A stretch of DNA of 64,000 nucleotides from Zygnema circumcarinatum SAG 698-1b (GCA_037447605.1 CM074810.1:3196880-3260879), one strand, 5' to 3'; positions 13,274 through 25,444 are shown, counted from the first letter of the stretch. Numbers and translations are program-made. The notes: generated from the letters alone by a model not told the origin.

Positions 13274-13984
13274 CGATTAGGACGAATTCTGTTTGCAGCC
13301 GTAACAAGCAAGATTGGTAAACACAATTGTCACAACCCTAAGTGACTGTTTGAGATATTCCTCCATCGCATGAAAATCATTTGCAGTGTGTAGTGCAAGC
13401 AAGCCATCATTGACGGAGTGGGAGAGGGAGAGGGAGAGGGGGGCAAGGGAGCAAAAGCAACAGCAATGGGCTTGGGGGAAACAAACATACCCCAGCCCTC
13501 CTTGAGAAGACGAAGAAGACAACGACGACGCAGCCATCACTCCTCCTTCCTCTCTGCTCTCACCCTCCCTCCCTCCCTCCCTGCCACAGCGCGCTCTCCT
13601 GCTCTCCCCCCCTCCCTGCCAGTCTGTGCCTGCCTGACTTACCCTACTGACTGCAAACAGGTTATTCGACTAAGGACTGTAGTCAGCTAAACCAAAAAGG
13701 AACCTCAAAGGCAGGAACGAATTGGCATTGAATTCACGATGGATGAAAGAAAAGGGAACTGGCTAAAAAGTGTGTACCGCAGAGATTCATCACTTCCTTA
13801 CCCTAGAGATTAGATTTCAAGATTAGGAGAATCGAAGTGGCATTGATCTCACGATGACTAGGCCACCGACTTGATTTCAAAATTACGGTTTCAGAAAACC
13901 GCTGAACACGAAGGTCAGCTCATGCCATTTTTCCCCCTTCAAAGGTCAGTCTTATTACGCCCATCATTTGATTAGGGCATACAT

Positions 13985-14145
13985 GACAAATCCAACGGTT
14001 TTCATTTCATTTAGGTACACCTGGCATATCCAACGGCTGAATTTGAACACGTGGCAGATCCAACGGTCTTCATCCCATCTGTGCATACGTGGCCGATCTG
14101 ACGGCCAGCGTCTCGAATGATCACGTGGCACATCTAACGGTCAGT
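13985..14145. promoter_or_regulatory. Periodic ATCYRACGG motif array (MSA-like AACGG core, partly coupled to ACGTGG)
   Basis: atccaacgg at 13990, 14028, 14058; atctgacgg at 14096; atctaacgg at 14132; the last three are preceded by (c/t)acgtggc. Confidence 0.6.
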
Positions 14146-14234
14146 ATTACACTTTGCCAGAGACGGTAAACAGAAACTCTGTATAACGGCGTAGCCGTTG
14201 CAAGAAACATCACGGTAACTGCCTTAAATGTCGT

Positions 14235-14590
14235 TAGGACCAATTTTCCACAAGGAAACCGACCGTTGTCTTCACACCTGCGAGCGCTCCCATTGGCCGA
14301 CGGTCCCCTCCGCCAATCACAGTCGACGTCGTCGTGGCTCCGAGGTCCAATTGCGGACTGCCACGTGGTGACCTCTCACTGAGCTCTCTCAATATAGCTG
14401 GCCAATCAAAATGTGCCATGTCATCAAAAGGACCAATCATATCCTGACACGTCACATGTTATAGTGACTCGGCAAACTGTGATTGGCCCCATTCGTTGGG
14501 TTTTCGAGGGTTTGACGACTCCGAATGGCGGGAAACAGCGACTTGGAAATGTGCGATGTACTTCCTTTATGTTCGACTCCTATTAAGTGT
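14235..14590 (+). promoter_or_regulatory. Proximal promoter of the lectin gene: CCAAT cluster, G-box, E2F-like site
   Basis: Several CCAAT/ATTGG copies, GCCACGTGG near 14360, GGCGGGAAA (reverse complement TTTCCCGCC) near 14527. Confidence 0.4.
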
Positions 14591-14888
14591 CTGTTTGCGC
14601 CAATTTTAAGAATCGGTATTCCAGACCGCCACGGACCCCCTGTTCCTTAACGAGTCCTCTCCCTTCTCTCCCTTCTCTCCCTCCCCCTACCCTCTCCCCC
14701 TCGCTCTTCCCCTCTCTCCCTCCCCTCTATCCCTCCCTCCTCCCTCCCCTCTCTCCCTCCCCCCTCCCTCCCCTCTCTCCCTCCCCTCTCTCCCTCCCCC
14801 CTCTCTCTCCCCCCTCTCTCCTTCAGCAGCAGCAGCAGCTCGAAGCAGAGCAGCCCGCGAGCGGGCCCTCCCCCCTCCGCGGCGGAGC

Positions 14889-16064
14889 ATGTGGGAGCCT
14901 GCAGCGGAGCACGAGCCCTCCCTCGCGTCCAGCTGGCAGTGGATTCTGCAGTCCACGTGGACCCTCTCCTGCACGTTCGGCCCCCTCGTGGGCGGCGAAC
15001 GCTTCGTGCGGATAAAGTCGCGCGCCAACCCTTCGTATGTGGTCTCAGCGCACCCCCACAGGGGGGTTGTGCTCATGCCGCTGCTCGGCTGTGACGCGCG
15101 CCAACTTTGGATGGTGGACGAGAGCTGGCGCGCGCAAAAGGGCTTCGCGCTCGTGAACAAGGCCACGGGGCAGGCGCTCTGCCACAGAGAGGCGCAGGAG
15201 CAGGTGGGAGGGAGAGGGGGAGCGGGAGGGGGGGGGAAGAGAGAGGGAGAAAGGGGTGAGGGGCTCAAGGAGCAGGAGCAGGTGGGAGGGAGGGGGAGTG
15301 GGAGGNNNNNNNNNNAGTGGGAGGGGGGGGGGAGAGAGAGGGAGAAAGGGGCGAGGGGCTCAAGGAGCAGGAGCAGGTGGGAGGGACAGGGGGAGCGGGA
15401 AGGGGGGGGGGGAGAGAGGGAGAAGGAGCGAAGGGCTCAGGGAGTAGGAGCAGGTGGGAGGGAGAGGTGGAGCGGGAGGGGGGGGGAGAGAGAGGGAGAA
15501 GGAGCGGGGGGCTCAAGGAGCAGGAGCAGGTGGGAAGAGAGGGGGAGAGAGAGGGGTGGGGACAGGGAGCAGGAGCAGGTGGGAGGGAGAGGGGGAGCGG
15601 GAGGGGGGGAAAGAGAGTGAGAAAGGGGCGAGGGGCTCAAGGAGCAGGAGCAGGTGGGAGGAAAGTGGGAGAGAGAGGGGGGGGGGGAAACAGGGAGAGA
15701 TGGAAAGAAGAGGGGGAGCAGCAGATGGGGAGGCTCTGAGTGCAATAGGTGGAGCTGTAGTGTCGGCTGCATCGCATAGTGGAGGAGGAGGATAAGATTA
15801 GTGTGCAGCAGGATCGTCAACTTTAAGAACCAGCTTTAGTTAGCAGCTTTGAGATGCAGCTGCAGGACCTTGAGTGTAGGGAAATAGTTCGCTAAACAAT
15901 GCATAGAGGGAGCATGTGTGTGCTGAGGTTAAGCTCAGATTCGGGGGGAGGAGCAGATTTTAAAATGCATCCTGAGAGTCATCTTGACCTGTTTTAGAAG
16001 GTAACTTAAAGATGCAGCTGGAGTGTTCGAAGGGTTCCAGCTTTTTTTAATGTTTTTTTTTTTT

Positions 16065-16095
<31 letters not shown>

Positions 16096-17845
16096 GGGGG
16101 GNNNNNNNNNNGGGAGGGTTGGTCTGGGGGTGTGTGCATAGCTTTTGGATGCTTCGACAGTGGTTAGGTGTGGCTAAGTGAGGAATTTTTTTTTTCCAGC
16201 TGTTGCAGAATTTTGGGTGTCAATGTGACTTGCATTCTGGTTTAGCACCAAGCTGGCTTAAGGGCGTTTCTTGTCACAGCAAAGTGTTGGCTGCTGTACT
16301 AACACTTTGAGATAAGGGAAAATTCTTTCTGTTTTTTCACGAAGCGAAAGTGCTCTAAGGATTTAATTTATTGAGACCTGCCCTCGTTTTTTTGTTTAAG
16401 AAAAATTGGCTGTTTGCAATACTCTGGAGTATAGAAGTTGACGCGATGTTAGCCAGAAATTTGCTTTTCGTTCTATTTATGCTACCTGCTGTCAGGATTT
16501 TCTGAAAAAAAAGAAACAAATCTGGCTTAATTCCTGGTCAAGTTTCTTATGCAGTTTTTTAGTTCATTGCGAACTACGAACTCTATAGATATAGTCTTTG
16601 TGCTTCAAGAGAAGCGTCTAGAATCGAAAAGAAATTGAGTTTGAGTTCCGTTTTTTGTTCTAGTTACCTTCTAAATTTATTCGTCAACCTTCTTTGTCTA
16701 AATATGGTTGTGTTTTACTGGTGGCATCTGTACAGGTTTCCTTGACGGATTATGATCCAACGGAGGAGAATGAGAAGATTTTGTGGACTTTAGGTCCGGA
16801 TGCAGGACAAGGCTACTTCGCCCTAAAGGCTCCGGGCAGCAACCCACTCTATCTTGATATTTCCGAGGAGAAAGTTTCAGAAGGAAAACACATCCTTGCT
16901 TACGATTGGAAAGGGGGTCTTCATCAGATGTGGGGTTTAGAGCCGCTGGTGAGTCCCCTTCCTCTCCCTCTTCCTCGTCTTTTTCCTCTCCCTTCCCTCT
17001 CCCTCTCCTCTCCCCCTCCCTCTCCTCTCCCTCGCCCTCCTCTCCTCTCTTCTCCTCTTCTCTTCTCTCCTCCTCCCCCCCCCTACCTCTCCTCTCCCCA
17101 CCCTCTCGCTCTCCTCGCCCTCCTCTCTCCCTCCCCTCTCCCTCACCTCCCCCCCCTCTCCCCTCTCTTCCCATCGCCCTGTCCCTCCCTCTCCTCCTCT
17201 CCCGCCCCCTTCTCCATCTCCCCCACCCCCTCCCTCTCCTCTCCCTCCACCTTGCCCTGTTCCTCCCTCCCTCTCCTCCTCTCCCTCAACATCTGCCGGC
17301 CCACCCAGAGACCTGGTGAACGGAAAAAGTCTCCTTCCTTAGCCTCATTTGCTCTTCGTTTCTAGCAGGGCCTCCTCTATACCATCCGCTCAAGACTCAG
17401 TGAGGAGCACGCTCTCTCAGCAGACCTTGAGGCAAAAGTGAACTTTCCAGAAATACGAATGAAGGATCTGAATGAGGATGATCCCGAGCAACTGTGGACC
17501 ATAGAGAGCCACTTTGACCAGAGCATCACCATTCGGAATGTGGCCAGTAAGCTTTCTATCAGAGGGCCCTGCTCACAGGGAGAGCGGTGCCGTCTCGGGG
17601 AAATAAGCCAAGCATTCATATACAATCTATGGCTACTTGGGAAGGATGAGGGAGAGTGCTACTTCTTTGTGAGAGCGGTCTCCGATTTGGAGCTTTGTTT
17701 AGATGCAACGGAGGGGAAGGTGAAGGAGGGTTGTGGAATCATCACTCACAAATCAAAGCTCAAGTGGCCCTCCTGCCAAGCCCGCTACAATCAATTGTGG
17801 GGCTTTTTTCCTAAGGGAGGAGAAAGACCAATAAAGCCGATTTAG
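14889..17845 (+). CDS. EUL: Two-domain ricin-B-like (Euonymus/EUL-type) lectin
   Basis: Exons 14889-15203, 16736-16948, 17366/17369-17845 (NAGNAG acceptor). Beta-trefoil QxW motifs (RQLWMVDE, ILWTLG, HQMWGL; EQLWTI, YNLWLLG, YNQLWGF); FALVNKATGQAL and LYLD/LCLDA segments are typical of EUL domains. Confidence 0.85.
15190..15700. repeat. About 76-bp G-rich minisatellite in lectin intron 1 containing copies of the exon-1 donor junction
   Basis: GAGCAG|GTGGGA with GT at 15204 (true donor), 15282, 15377, 15454, 15530, 15579, 15654; a 10-N gap lies at about 15306. Confidence 0.9.
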
Positions 17846-18263
17846 GTGGGGAGTCACTGCTCTTTTTGGTAGGCTTAGGGCAGTTACGAGTGAGTGGTAG
17901 AACGAGGAAGAGGCATATTAGTAGGATGGCTGTGCATAGCATGTATATAGGCTATCCATTGTCGCATTTACAGAGGGGAATTGTATCGGCTTGTGGTAGG
18001 AGAATAAACTTCATAGGACGGCTTATTCAATAGGAAGCAATGTGGAACCCAAGTAGGAGCTAGAGAGAGGCCTGAGGGCTCCCTTGGTGAGGAAATATAT
18101 TGATTTGTCAAGAAACGTACAATGTACATAAGAACAAGTTGGTTGAAAAAATAGCTAAGTAATAATCACACTCTTCTTCTACATTTCTCTCCTACAATTG
18201 AGCCTGCCTTTGCTTGGCAACATCTGCAACAATTCATGCTGTTGCCCCCTCATGTTGTATGTC

Positions 18264-21200
18264 CTATGGGGGGAGACTCCCCATCATGAGGCAGGACGCC
18301 ATGCCATGCCGCAGCCTTGTCACGTCACGGGCAGTGAATTGGAACGGAGGGCGCGCCCCTCTCGAGAGAAGGTCTGCGAAGGTGCAGAGGAACACTCCAC
18401 AGGCGGCATCATCATCCTGCGGAGGAGGGGGCATGAACACAACATTGTGGGAGGGAGAGGGGAGGGGAGGGGAGAGGGGGAGAGAGGGGGAGAGGGGGAG
18501 AGGGGAGAGGGGGGGAGAGGGGGAGAGGGGAGAGGGGAGAGGGGAGAGGGGAGGGGGAGAGGGGAGAGGGGTGAGAGGGGGGAGAGGGGAGAGGGGAGAG
18601 GGGAGAGGGGAGAGGGGGAGAGGGGAGAGGGGGAGAGGGGGAGAGGGGAGAGGGGAGAGGGGGAGAGGGGAGAGGGGAGAGGGGAGAGGGGAGAGGGGGA
18701 GAGAGGGGAGAGGGGGAGAGAGGGGAGAGGGGGAGAGGGGAGAGGAGAGGGGGAGAGGGGGAGAGGGGAGAGGGGAGAGGGGAGAGGGGAGAGGGGAGAG
18801 GGGAGAGGGGAGAGGGGAGAGGGGAGAGGGGGAGAGGGGAGAGGGGAGAGGGGAGAGGGGGGAGAGGGGAGAGGGGAGAGGGGAGAGGGGAGAGGGGAGA
18901 GGGGAGAGGGGGAGAGGGGAGAGGGGAGAGGGGGGAGAGGGGGAGAGGGGAGAGGGGAGAGGGGAGAGGGGAGAGGGGGGGAGAGGGGAGAGGGGAGAGG
19001 GGAGAGGGGAGAGGGGAGAGGGGAGAGGGGGGAGAGGGGGAGAGAGGGGAGAGGGGAGAGGGGAGAGGGGAGAGGGGAGAGGGGGGAGAGGGGAGAGGTG
19101 GAGAGGCGGGAAGGGGGAAGAGGGGGAAGAGGGGGAGAGGGGGAGAGGGGGAGAGGGGGAGAGGTGGAGAGGCGGGAAGGGGGAGAGTGGGGAAAGGGGG
19201 AGAGGGGAAGAGGAGGGAAGGGGGAGAGGAGGGAAGGGGGAGAGTGGGGAAAGGGGGAGAGGGGAAGAGGAGGAGGGGGGTTTACAAGCCATAAGAAAGT
19301 TTACTATGGAAGGGAAATGGGCAAGAGGTGATTAGACCTGTAGTGGTACGCCTTCTTGCATTTTCCGTTTGGTCCACTCTGCCGAAGAAAAGTCTTTGTT
19401 GTTCTCAGTTTGAGCCAACGCATGCATGTATCTCTCAACCTGAACATGCGAAACCCAATCGCAGAAGTCATGAACCGCAGAAAGATTAGCAAAAATAGCA
19501 CTATATCTGGCTAATCAGGAAACCCGAAAACCCTCAAAATATGGGTTTGTTAAAAATCATTTGACAATGCAATCTGGAAAGGGACAGTGTAAAAGTAGAG
19601 AAAATGTTGTTTGTAGCCAAATAGCAGTCAAGAGGTACAGCGGATAATGAAGATGGAATTTCAAATCCCTGCAAGAGGGAGATATCTAAGGAGGATTCAG
19701 AAAAGTGAACTTGCCGTATTCAGCACATAGTCTACGTTGCTGGACCACCCATGGAAAGGCATGGAATCGTAGTATTCAATTCGCTTTTGTTTCACATATA
19801 AAGCTACCAGAATCCTGTGCAAGCACCACCATACAACACTGTTATGATACCCACCATATAAGCAAATCAGCAAACCCTAACAATGTGGGGAGTGCCCAAA
19901 TCCTAGAAACCAAGAATTCCAAATACTTGCGAAGGCTTATACTCAACAAAGGAGTTTCAAACGAGTTTTTTTTTTTTTTTTTTTTCTCTTACCAGTGCTG
20001 AGGGGTATGCAGGTTCACTGGTAACAAGAGTAGGTCCTGCTTGAACAGATTCTGTCTCCCACCCAAAAGAAAACGAATGAGAAAAAGACCTCCTCTCCCA
20101 CCCAACATCCAGATTCTATCACCGTTCCTTCAAAATCATTCGTTTTGTTGCTCATTAAAGTATGTTGCCAAGATACATTCACGAAAGAAACAGGCTCTGG
20201 ATTTTTTTTAATCATGTTTCCAAGCTGATTTGGTTCAACACTCACCACGTTTCGAGTCCACCTATGAACCCCCCGAAAGTTGAACTCGGTCGGAAGTGTG
20301 CAACTCGTCTTGGGAACACCTGTCAGTTTGGTGAAAAGGAAGGTGCTGAAGAAATGCACATGTAAACTGCCACACAAAACAACCACATTGTGATTCTCTC
20401 ATACTTTCAAACACATGGAGCCCTCTCCTTCCAAACTGTTATGGCTCCCAAACTGTCAGAGACTTTAGGGTTTTATATATCTCCCATGGAGGAATGCTGA
20501 ATGCAAGAAGTACTGAGGAGAACTTGTGCAGATGCTTACCCTCGTCCTGCGGCTGCAAATGCATCCGCACGAGCCTAAACCCATCGACATCATCACAATT
20601 ATGCAATGTAAGATTTGAGATTCGAGATATGAATCTAAGGTCTGAGATAGTTAATAAGTGCAGAACGACCATCCAGCAAATTTGCTATACAAAGTCATCG
20701 TACTTGAGGGTAAGCTTCAGTGGTTTCATATCACAATCTTGTCAACGATTTCTATTTACAACTGACCAACGCAATCATCCTCATACTCGCAAGTTGCTGA
20801 TTACAAGGCAGTGAAGGCATTGATAATATATGTTAACCTACACACTGACTTGACTAACATGCAGATTGAGATATACGCGAGAAGTGGGGAAGCAACACGA
20901 AAGAAATGCAGGCATTAGCCAAGAGAAAAAGGAGAGGTGGGAAGAGAGAAAGTGAGTGAGAGGGGGAGGGAGAAGGGAAGGAATGAATGGGCAATCAAGA
21001 ACGATGTTTTTTCTTAAACAAGACTAAACAAGAAACTTAAAGTTTTGGAAATCACGTTCGCAGGGAATTACGTACATTCATTACCTGCAAAAGACCTAAG
21101 AAGCCGTTGATCACTTCATCCCCTAACCAAGCATGAGCCCATAAGTCGCTCAAATCGCTTCTCTTAATCTCTACTTCATTCCTCTTTCCCCTCCAAACAA

Positions 21201-21874
21201 CATCATCTTTTGAACCTCTTAAAGCCGCTTTCAAGAGCTCCATGTTCCCGGTCGCCCTCAACGCCAAGGGTTTCAGAAACGTCTGCCAGTTTTTATCACA
21301 TTTTGCGGCTCCGATATCATCCTCCTTTTCTATGCAATAGCCTTCTCGCCCTTGTTGTATTCGGAGTTCAGCCGATGTAGCAGTTCTGCTTTCTGGAATC
21401 TCCTTGAATCTCTCCTTAAAATACTCATTTTCAACGTGTTTTACATTAAGACTACGGCAACTGGTTGCTGGAAAAGGCTTCTTGTTGCCAGGTACCTGCA
21501 ATGCGGATTTTAGGGTTACGACTTACAATCTCCATGCACCTTTAGGTTATTAGTGACTTGAGAAACAGGCAGGATTCTGAGGAACTCACCGCATTCTGAG
21601 AGCTTGTCTTTGCCTTTCGTAACCGTTCAAGGGCTCTTCCATACACAGAATGCTGAAAATATGTATCTTTTAGCTTTCTTGGTAAGTGTCCAAGACCAAA
21701 GTTGGTCATATTTCTTCTACTCCATGCCCTAAAAACCTTTCTGAGCAAGCCGCCCCTTTCAAGTGTTTTTTTTCCTGTTGCTCGGACCAAAAAAGAGAGC
21801 GCTTTCGGAAGCATAATCATCAAAGACTGCGGCGTTATTTTCCATCTTTTCTTCCTCACAGAGCGCCCGTTCAT
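18264..21874 (-). CDS. ULP1: Ulp1/C48-family SUMO protease (ESD4/ULP1-like)
   Basis: 8 phase-consistent exons: 21874 (or 21910)-21590, 21495-21085, 20574-20540, 20366-20246, 20051-19993, 19814-19715 (GC donor), 19439-19338, 18416-18264. Motifs [38 protein letters not shown] (His), YYDSM (Asp), [13 protein letters not shown] (Gln/Cys). Confidence 0.93.
18448..19280. repeat. About 830-bp (GGGGAGA)n-like polypurine/polypyrimidine tract filling the last Ulp1 intron
   Basis: Almost exclusively G/A on the + strand; potential for G4 and H-DNA is inferred. Confidence 0.95.
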
Positions 21875-22439
21875 GGCTGCTGAAGCGCGTGCAGATGTTA
21901 GGGTTCCCATGGAATTAGGGTTTGAGTCTCTGCTCGGTTGCAGAGCTCAATTTCTCTAAGAAACAAAGGGTCACGAGAGGGTTTCAAAGTTGTCTCCTTT
22001 AGATCCACTCTCAAGGCGAACTTTCAAGTTTCGATCTGAAAATCTCGGCGGTTTGCAAACATTGCATGCTATAAAGAAGCTGTCATCTCATCCAGCTAAT
22101 GATCGATGAAGGAGCTTTCTGTTTTAGGTGTCTTGAGAGACGTTTCTTCATTGACTAAGATTTACTAAAGAGTGATTGAAATTGGTTGAAGTTGGTTAGG
22201 TATCGTCATATCATCCAAATTGAAGTCGCACATGTTTGTCACTTCCAACATGTTACACACATCTTTACTCACACTTATCTTCACTTTCTTCTTGGTTCTA
22301 CCCCTGGTTAGAAAACCCCCCCGGTCAGGAATTGTTTTGTTAGTAACTACTCGCCTTTTAGGTATTATTTATTTTGTAGTGACGGCCGGTTAGAGTGTTT
22401 TTTAGGGTTAGGCATTTTTATATATAAACCCACACAATG

Positions 22440-23430
22440 GAAATGGAAATGATAGAAGGAGAGTGTGGAAGAGAGGGGGCAGAGGGGGAAACGAGGAGAG
22501 AGAAAAGAAGAGTGGAAGGGAGGGGGAGAGAGGGAGGCCGAAGGAGGAAAGAGGGGGAGAGGGAGAGGAGGGAGAGGGGGAAATGGAGAGAGATAGGGAG
22601 GAGGCAGACGGAGAGAGGGTAGAGAAGGGGGAGAAGGGGAAAGAGGAGAGGCAGAGAGAGGGGGGGCATAGAGTGAGGGATAGTGCGAGGGAAGAGAGGA
22701 GAGAGAGACAGTGAAGGGAGAGAGGCAGAGAGTGTGGAAGAGGTGGGGTACGCGGGAGAGAGAGAGAGGCGGTAGAGTGAGGGAGAGTGAGGGGGAGAGA
22801 GGAAAGGGGGAGAGTGAAGGGGGAGAGGCAGAGAGAAGGGAAGAAAGGAAGTAGAAGGGGGAGGGAGAGAGAGAGGGAGTGAGGGAGAGTGAAGGAGAGG
22901 CTGCGGGAGAGAGACAGTGAAGCTAAGAGAAAAAGAGAGAGGAAAAGCGAAAGGGGAGAGGGGAGAGGGGAGAGGGAGAGGGGGAGCGAGTGAAATGGAC
23001 AGTGAGGGGGAGAGGGAGAGTGACTCAGTGAAGAGAGAGGCAGCGAGAGGGGACGAGATGGGGGTAGAGAGGGGAGAAAGAGGGGAGAGGAGGGGAGAGA
23101 GTGAAAGAGAGAGTGAGGGGGAGAAGGGAGAGAGAGACAGCGACGAGTGACGCAGCGAGTTGGGACGAGAGGGGGTAGAGGGGGGAGAGTGAGGGAGCGA
23201 GTGAGGGGGAGAAAGGGCATGGAGACCATGAAGGAAGACAGGCAGAGAGAGGGGAAGAGAGGGGGGTAGAGGGAAGTGAGGAGGAGAGAGAGTGGGGGAG
23301 AGAAAGTGAGGTGGAGAAAGGAGAGAGGCGGTGAAGGGGAGAGGCAGAGAGAGCGGGGAGAGGCGGGGTGAAGGGAAGATAGAGATAGGGGAAGGAAGGG
23401 AGGTGGAAGGGAGAAGAGCAGGTAAGTGGA
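22440..23430. repeat. About 1-kb degenerate GA-rich low-complexity tract
   Basis: Purine-rich + strand without stable periodicity, lying between ULP1 and the coiled-coil ORF. Confidence 0.85.
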
Positions 23431-23738
23431 AAGGGAACACAAAAAGTTCAAAAATACCCTAAACTTGCGGCTCGCCGATGGCAAGGTGCCCCCGTTCAAT
23501 TCCGGTTACAACCTCCATCCAATTTTGCCTTAAAAATTAAGTCCTGATTTGAAATTAGATTACATGGTCACAACCATAGTCGTGACTGAAAGGTCCTGGC
23601 CATTAGCGATCGTTCATTTCATGGCGACCATAACCATGATCATGAACATGACAATTAGCCTCTGGAGAATGTGAAGAACACACATACATACTTGATATTC
23701 TACAACAAACTGGTTCACTCTCTATCACAATCCGTGAC

Positions 23739-24593
23739 TTATTTCTTTTTACAAATCTCTAACAGTCGCTCAATTTGGTCTATTGAATGCCCTGCGTCAA
23801 GAGCCGATTTCACAATGAGCATACGTTGTTCTTCCAACTTTGCATTACACTCGAACTCCCATCGACGCATGTCTTCCGTTTGTTCACTCATTCCCCTCCC
23901 TTCCCCCTCTACACTCTGAACGCACTCCCACTGACGATTTTCTTCTGCTCTAGCTACCTCCGAGGGTTGCTCTTCCCCCCTTACCCTCTGTACTATCTCC
24001 CACATTTGACTTTCTTCTGCTCGAGCTGCTACCTCCAACCGTTGCTCTCCTCCCTTTGCCTTTTGTACGAGTTCGAACATCTGTTTTGCTTCTGCTTGAG
24101 CTGCCAACCGTTGCCGTTCTTCTGCTTTCCGTACGAGTTCCCATTGATGATCTACTTCTGCTTGAGCTTTAGCCAAACGGCGTTCTTCTGCCAAACGTGC
24201 CTTTTCCTTCTTCATGCGAGCCTTCTCTTGTTCCCTCCGCTTCTGTACCTCTTTACGTTTTGCAATCAGCCTATTGCTGCTATCTTCTCTCTTCTCTTTC
24301 TCCCAGTCAAGTTTTTTCGAATTACCGTCCGCGATTTTGCTTGCTGAACTTTCCAAATTGGCAATCTTCGCTTTCTTCGGCAAACGATTTGGTGAGGACT
24401 CAGGTGACTTTGACTTTGATGTTGCCACCCGTTTCCGGCGAAGTTGGGAATTCACCAGATCTTGGTATAGCAAAGCCCATTCTTCCGCTTCCCCCAAGTC
24501 ATCCCATATCAAAGCCATAGTCATAAGGCCCTCCAACATCTCAAGGACCTCCTCACTCTCAGAATCTTCAGAATCTTCAAAATCTTCAGCCAT
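23739..24593 (-). CDS. Intronless 284-aa charged/coiled-coil ORF with internal repeats; possibly transposon-derived
   Basis: Open frame MAEDFEDSEDSESEEVLEMLEG...LIVKSALDAGHSIDQIERLLEICKKK*; non-microsatellite sequence; about 4 imperfect repeats of A(R/Q)AE..QxWExV. Confidence 0.5.
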   Translation of the reverse strand: MAEDFEDSEDSESEEVLEMLEGLMTMALIWDDLGEAEEWALLYQDLVNSQLRRKRVATSKSKSPESSPNRLPKKAKIANLESSASKIADGNSKKLDWEKEKREDSSNRLIAKRKEVQKRREQEKARMKKEKARLAEERRLAKAQAEVDHQWELVRKAEERQRLAAQAEAKQMFELVQKAKGGEQRLEVAARAEESQMWEIVQRVRGEEQPSEVARAEENRQWECVQSVEGEGRGMSEQTEDMRRWEFECNAKLEEQRMLIVKSALDAGHSIDQIERLLEICKKK

Positions 24594-25112
24594 GATTGTG
24601 AGAAAAGTCCACTGCACGAATGGCGACAACAATGGCATGAAACAGGAACATAAGTGACAGCATTTGTGGGTTTAAAATTCAAAACAAACGAGTACAAGCC
24701 TTGATGCAGAGGTTACGAGTTTAGAATTTCGAGGTTCAGCTTCAGAATTTAGGGTTTCATGGGTGAAGGGTAAGAATTTGAAAATGGAGTTAGGGGCATA
24801 GTATGGCCTTGCGTAGGATTGGGCTGCAAATAACATCAGCATAGGACGTACATGCGTTGAATGCAAGCAGAAAACATGCTTGCTTTACAAAAATGAAGCC
24901 TAAAAAGTCATTTGCAGAATGCACCAAAAAGAGCCGAGCAAGAATGACACCACACCTACACATATAAATGTGAAGAATGCATGCAGAAAACAGACATGCT
25001 TGACACACATGAAACCTAAAAGGAAAAGAATGTGCAGAATTCAGCCAGAAAACATGCATGCATGTCGAAATTAAGCCTGTAATTACACATGCATTCACTC
25101 TTTCACTCATGG

Positions 25113-25160
25113 AAAAACCCTAAAAACCCTAAAAACCCTAAAAAATCCTAAAAAACCCTT
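25113..25160. repeat. (CCCTAAAAA)n 9-mer telomere-like run
   Basis: aaaaaccct x3, then aaaaaatcct and aaaaaaccct. Confidence 0.75.
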
Positions 25161-25444
25161 TTTTCTCTCCCTCCCTCCCTTTCCCCAATTCTCCCTTTCC
25201 TTTTTCTCCTTCCCTGTAAACAGACGTGCACGACATATATTAAACCTAAAGTTACCCATGCGGCAAAACGCAAGAAGAAATCAGGCATGCACAACACACA
25301 TCCGAGCTAAGTATGAACCTGCACAATAGTAAGACGACCTCGGCATGAGGTCTCCTCCGCACCTTGAGCAGCCGCTTTGACGAGGGCAATGAGGGTATCG
25401 CCGCTCGCATCCCCTCCAGAGCTGGCAATCTGCCTCGCTCGAGG

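Noticed and set aside
18198-19335. Long ORFs (340-390 aa) of G/E/R or P/L/S here and at 3346-3998, 22408-23499, 35639-36559, 40038-41215, 57665-58735, 59653-60450 and 62420-63482
   Set aside because: Translations of stop-free GA/CT or CATG repeats, open in several frames and on both strands. Only short terminal parts coincide with real exons.
18264-24593. ULP1 as cargo of a Mutator/CACTA-type element
   Set aside because: No transposase, TIR or TSD found; the gene has an intact multi-exon host-like structure.
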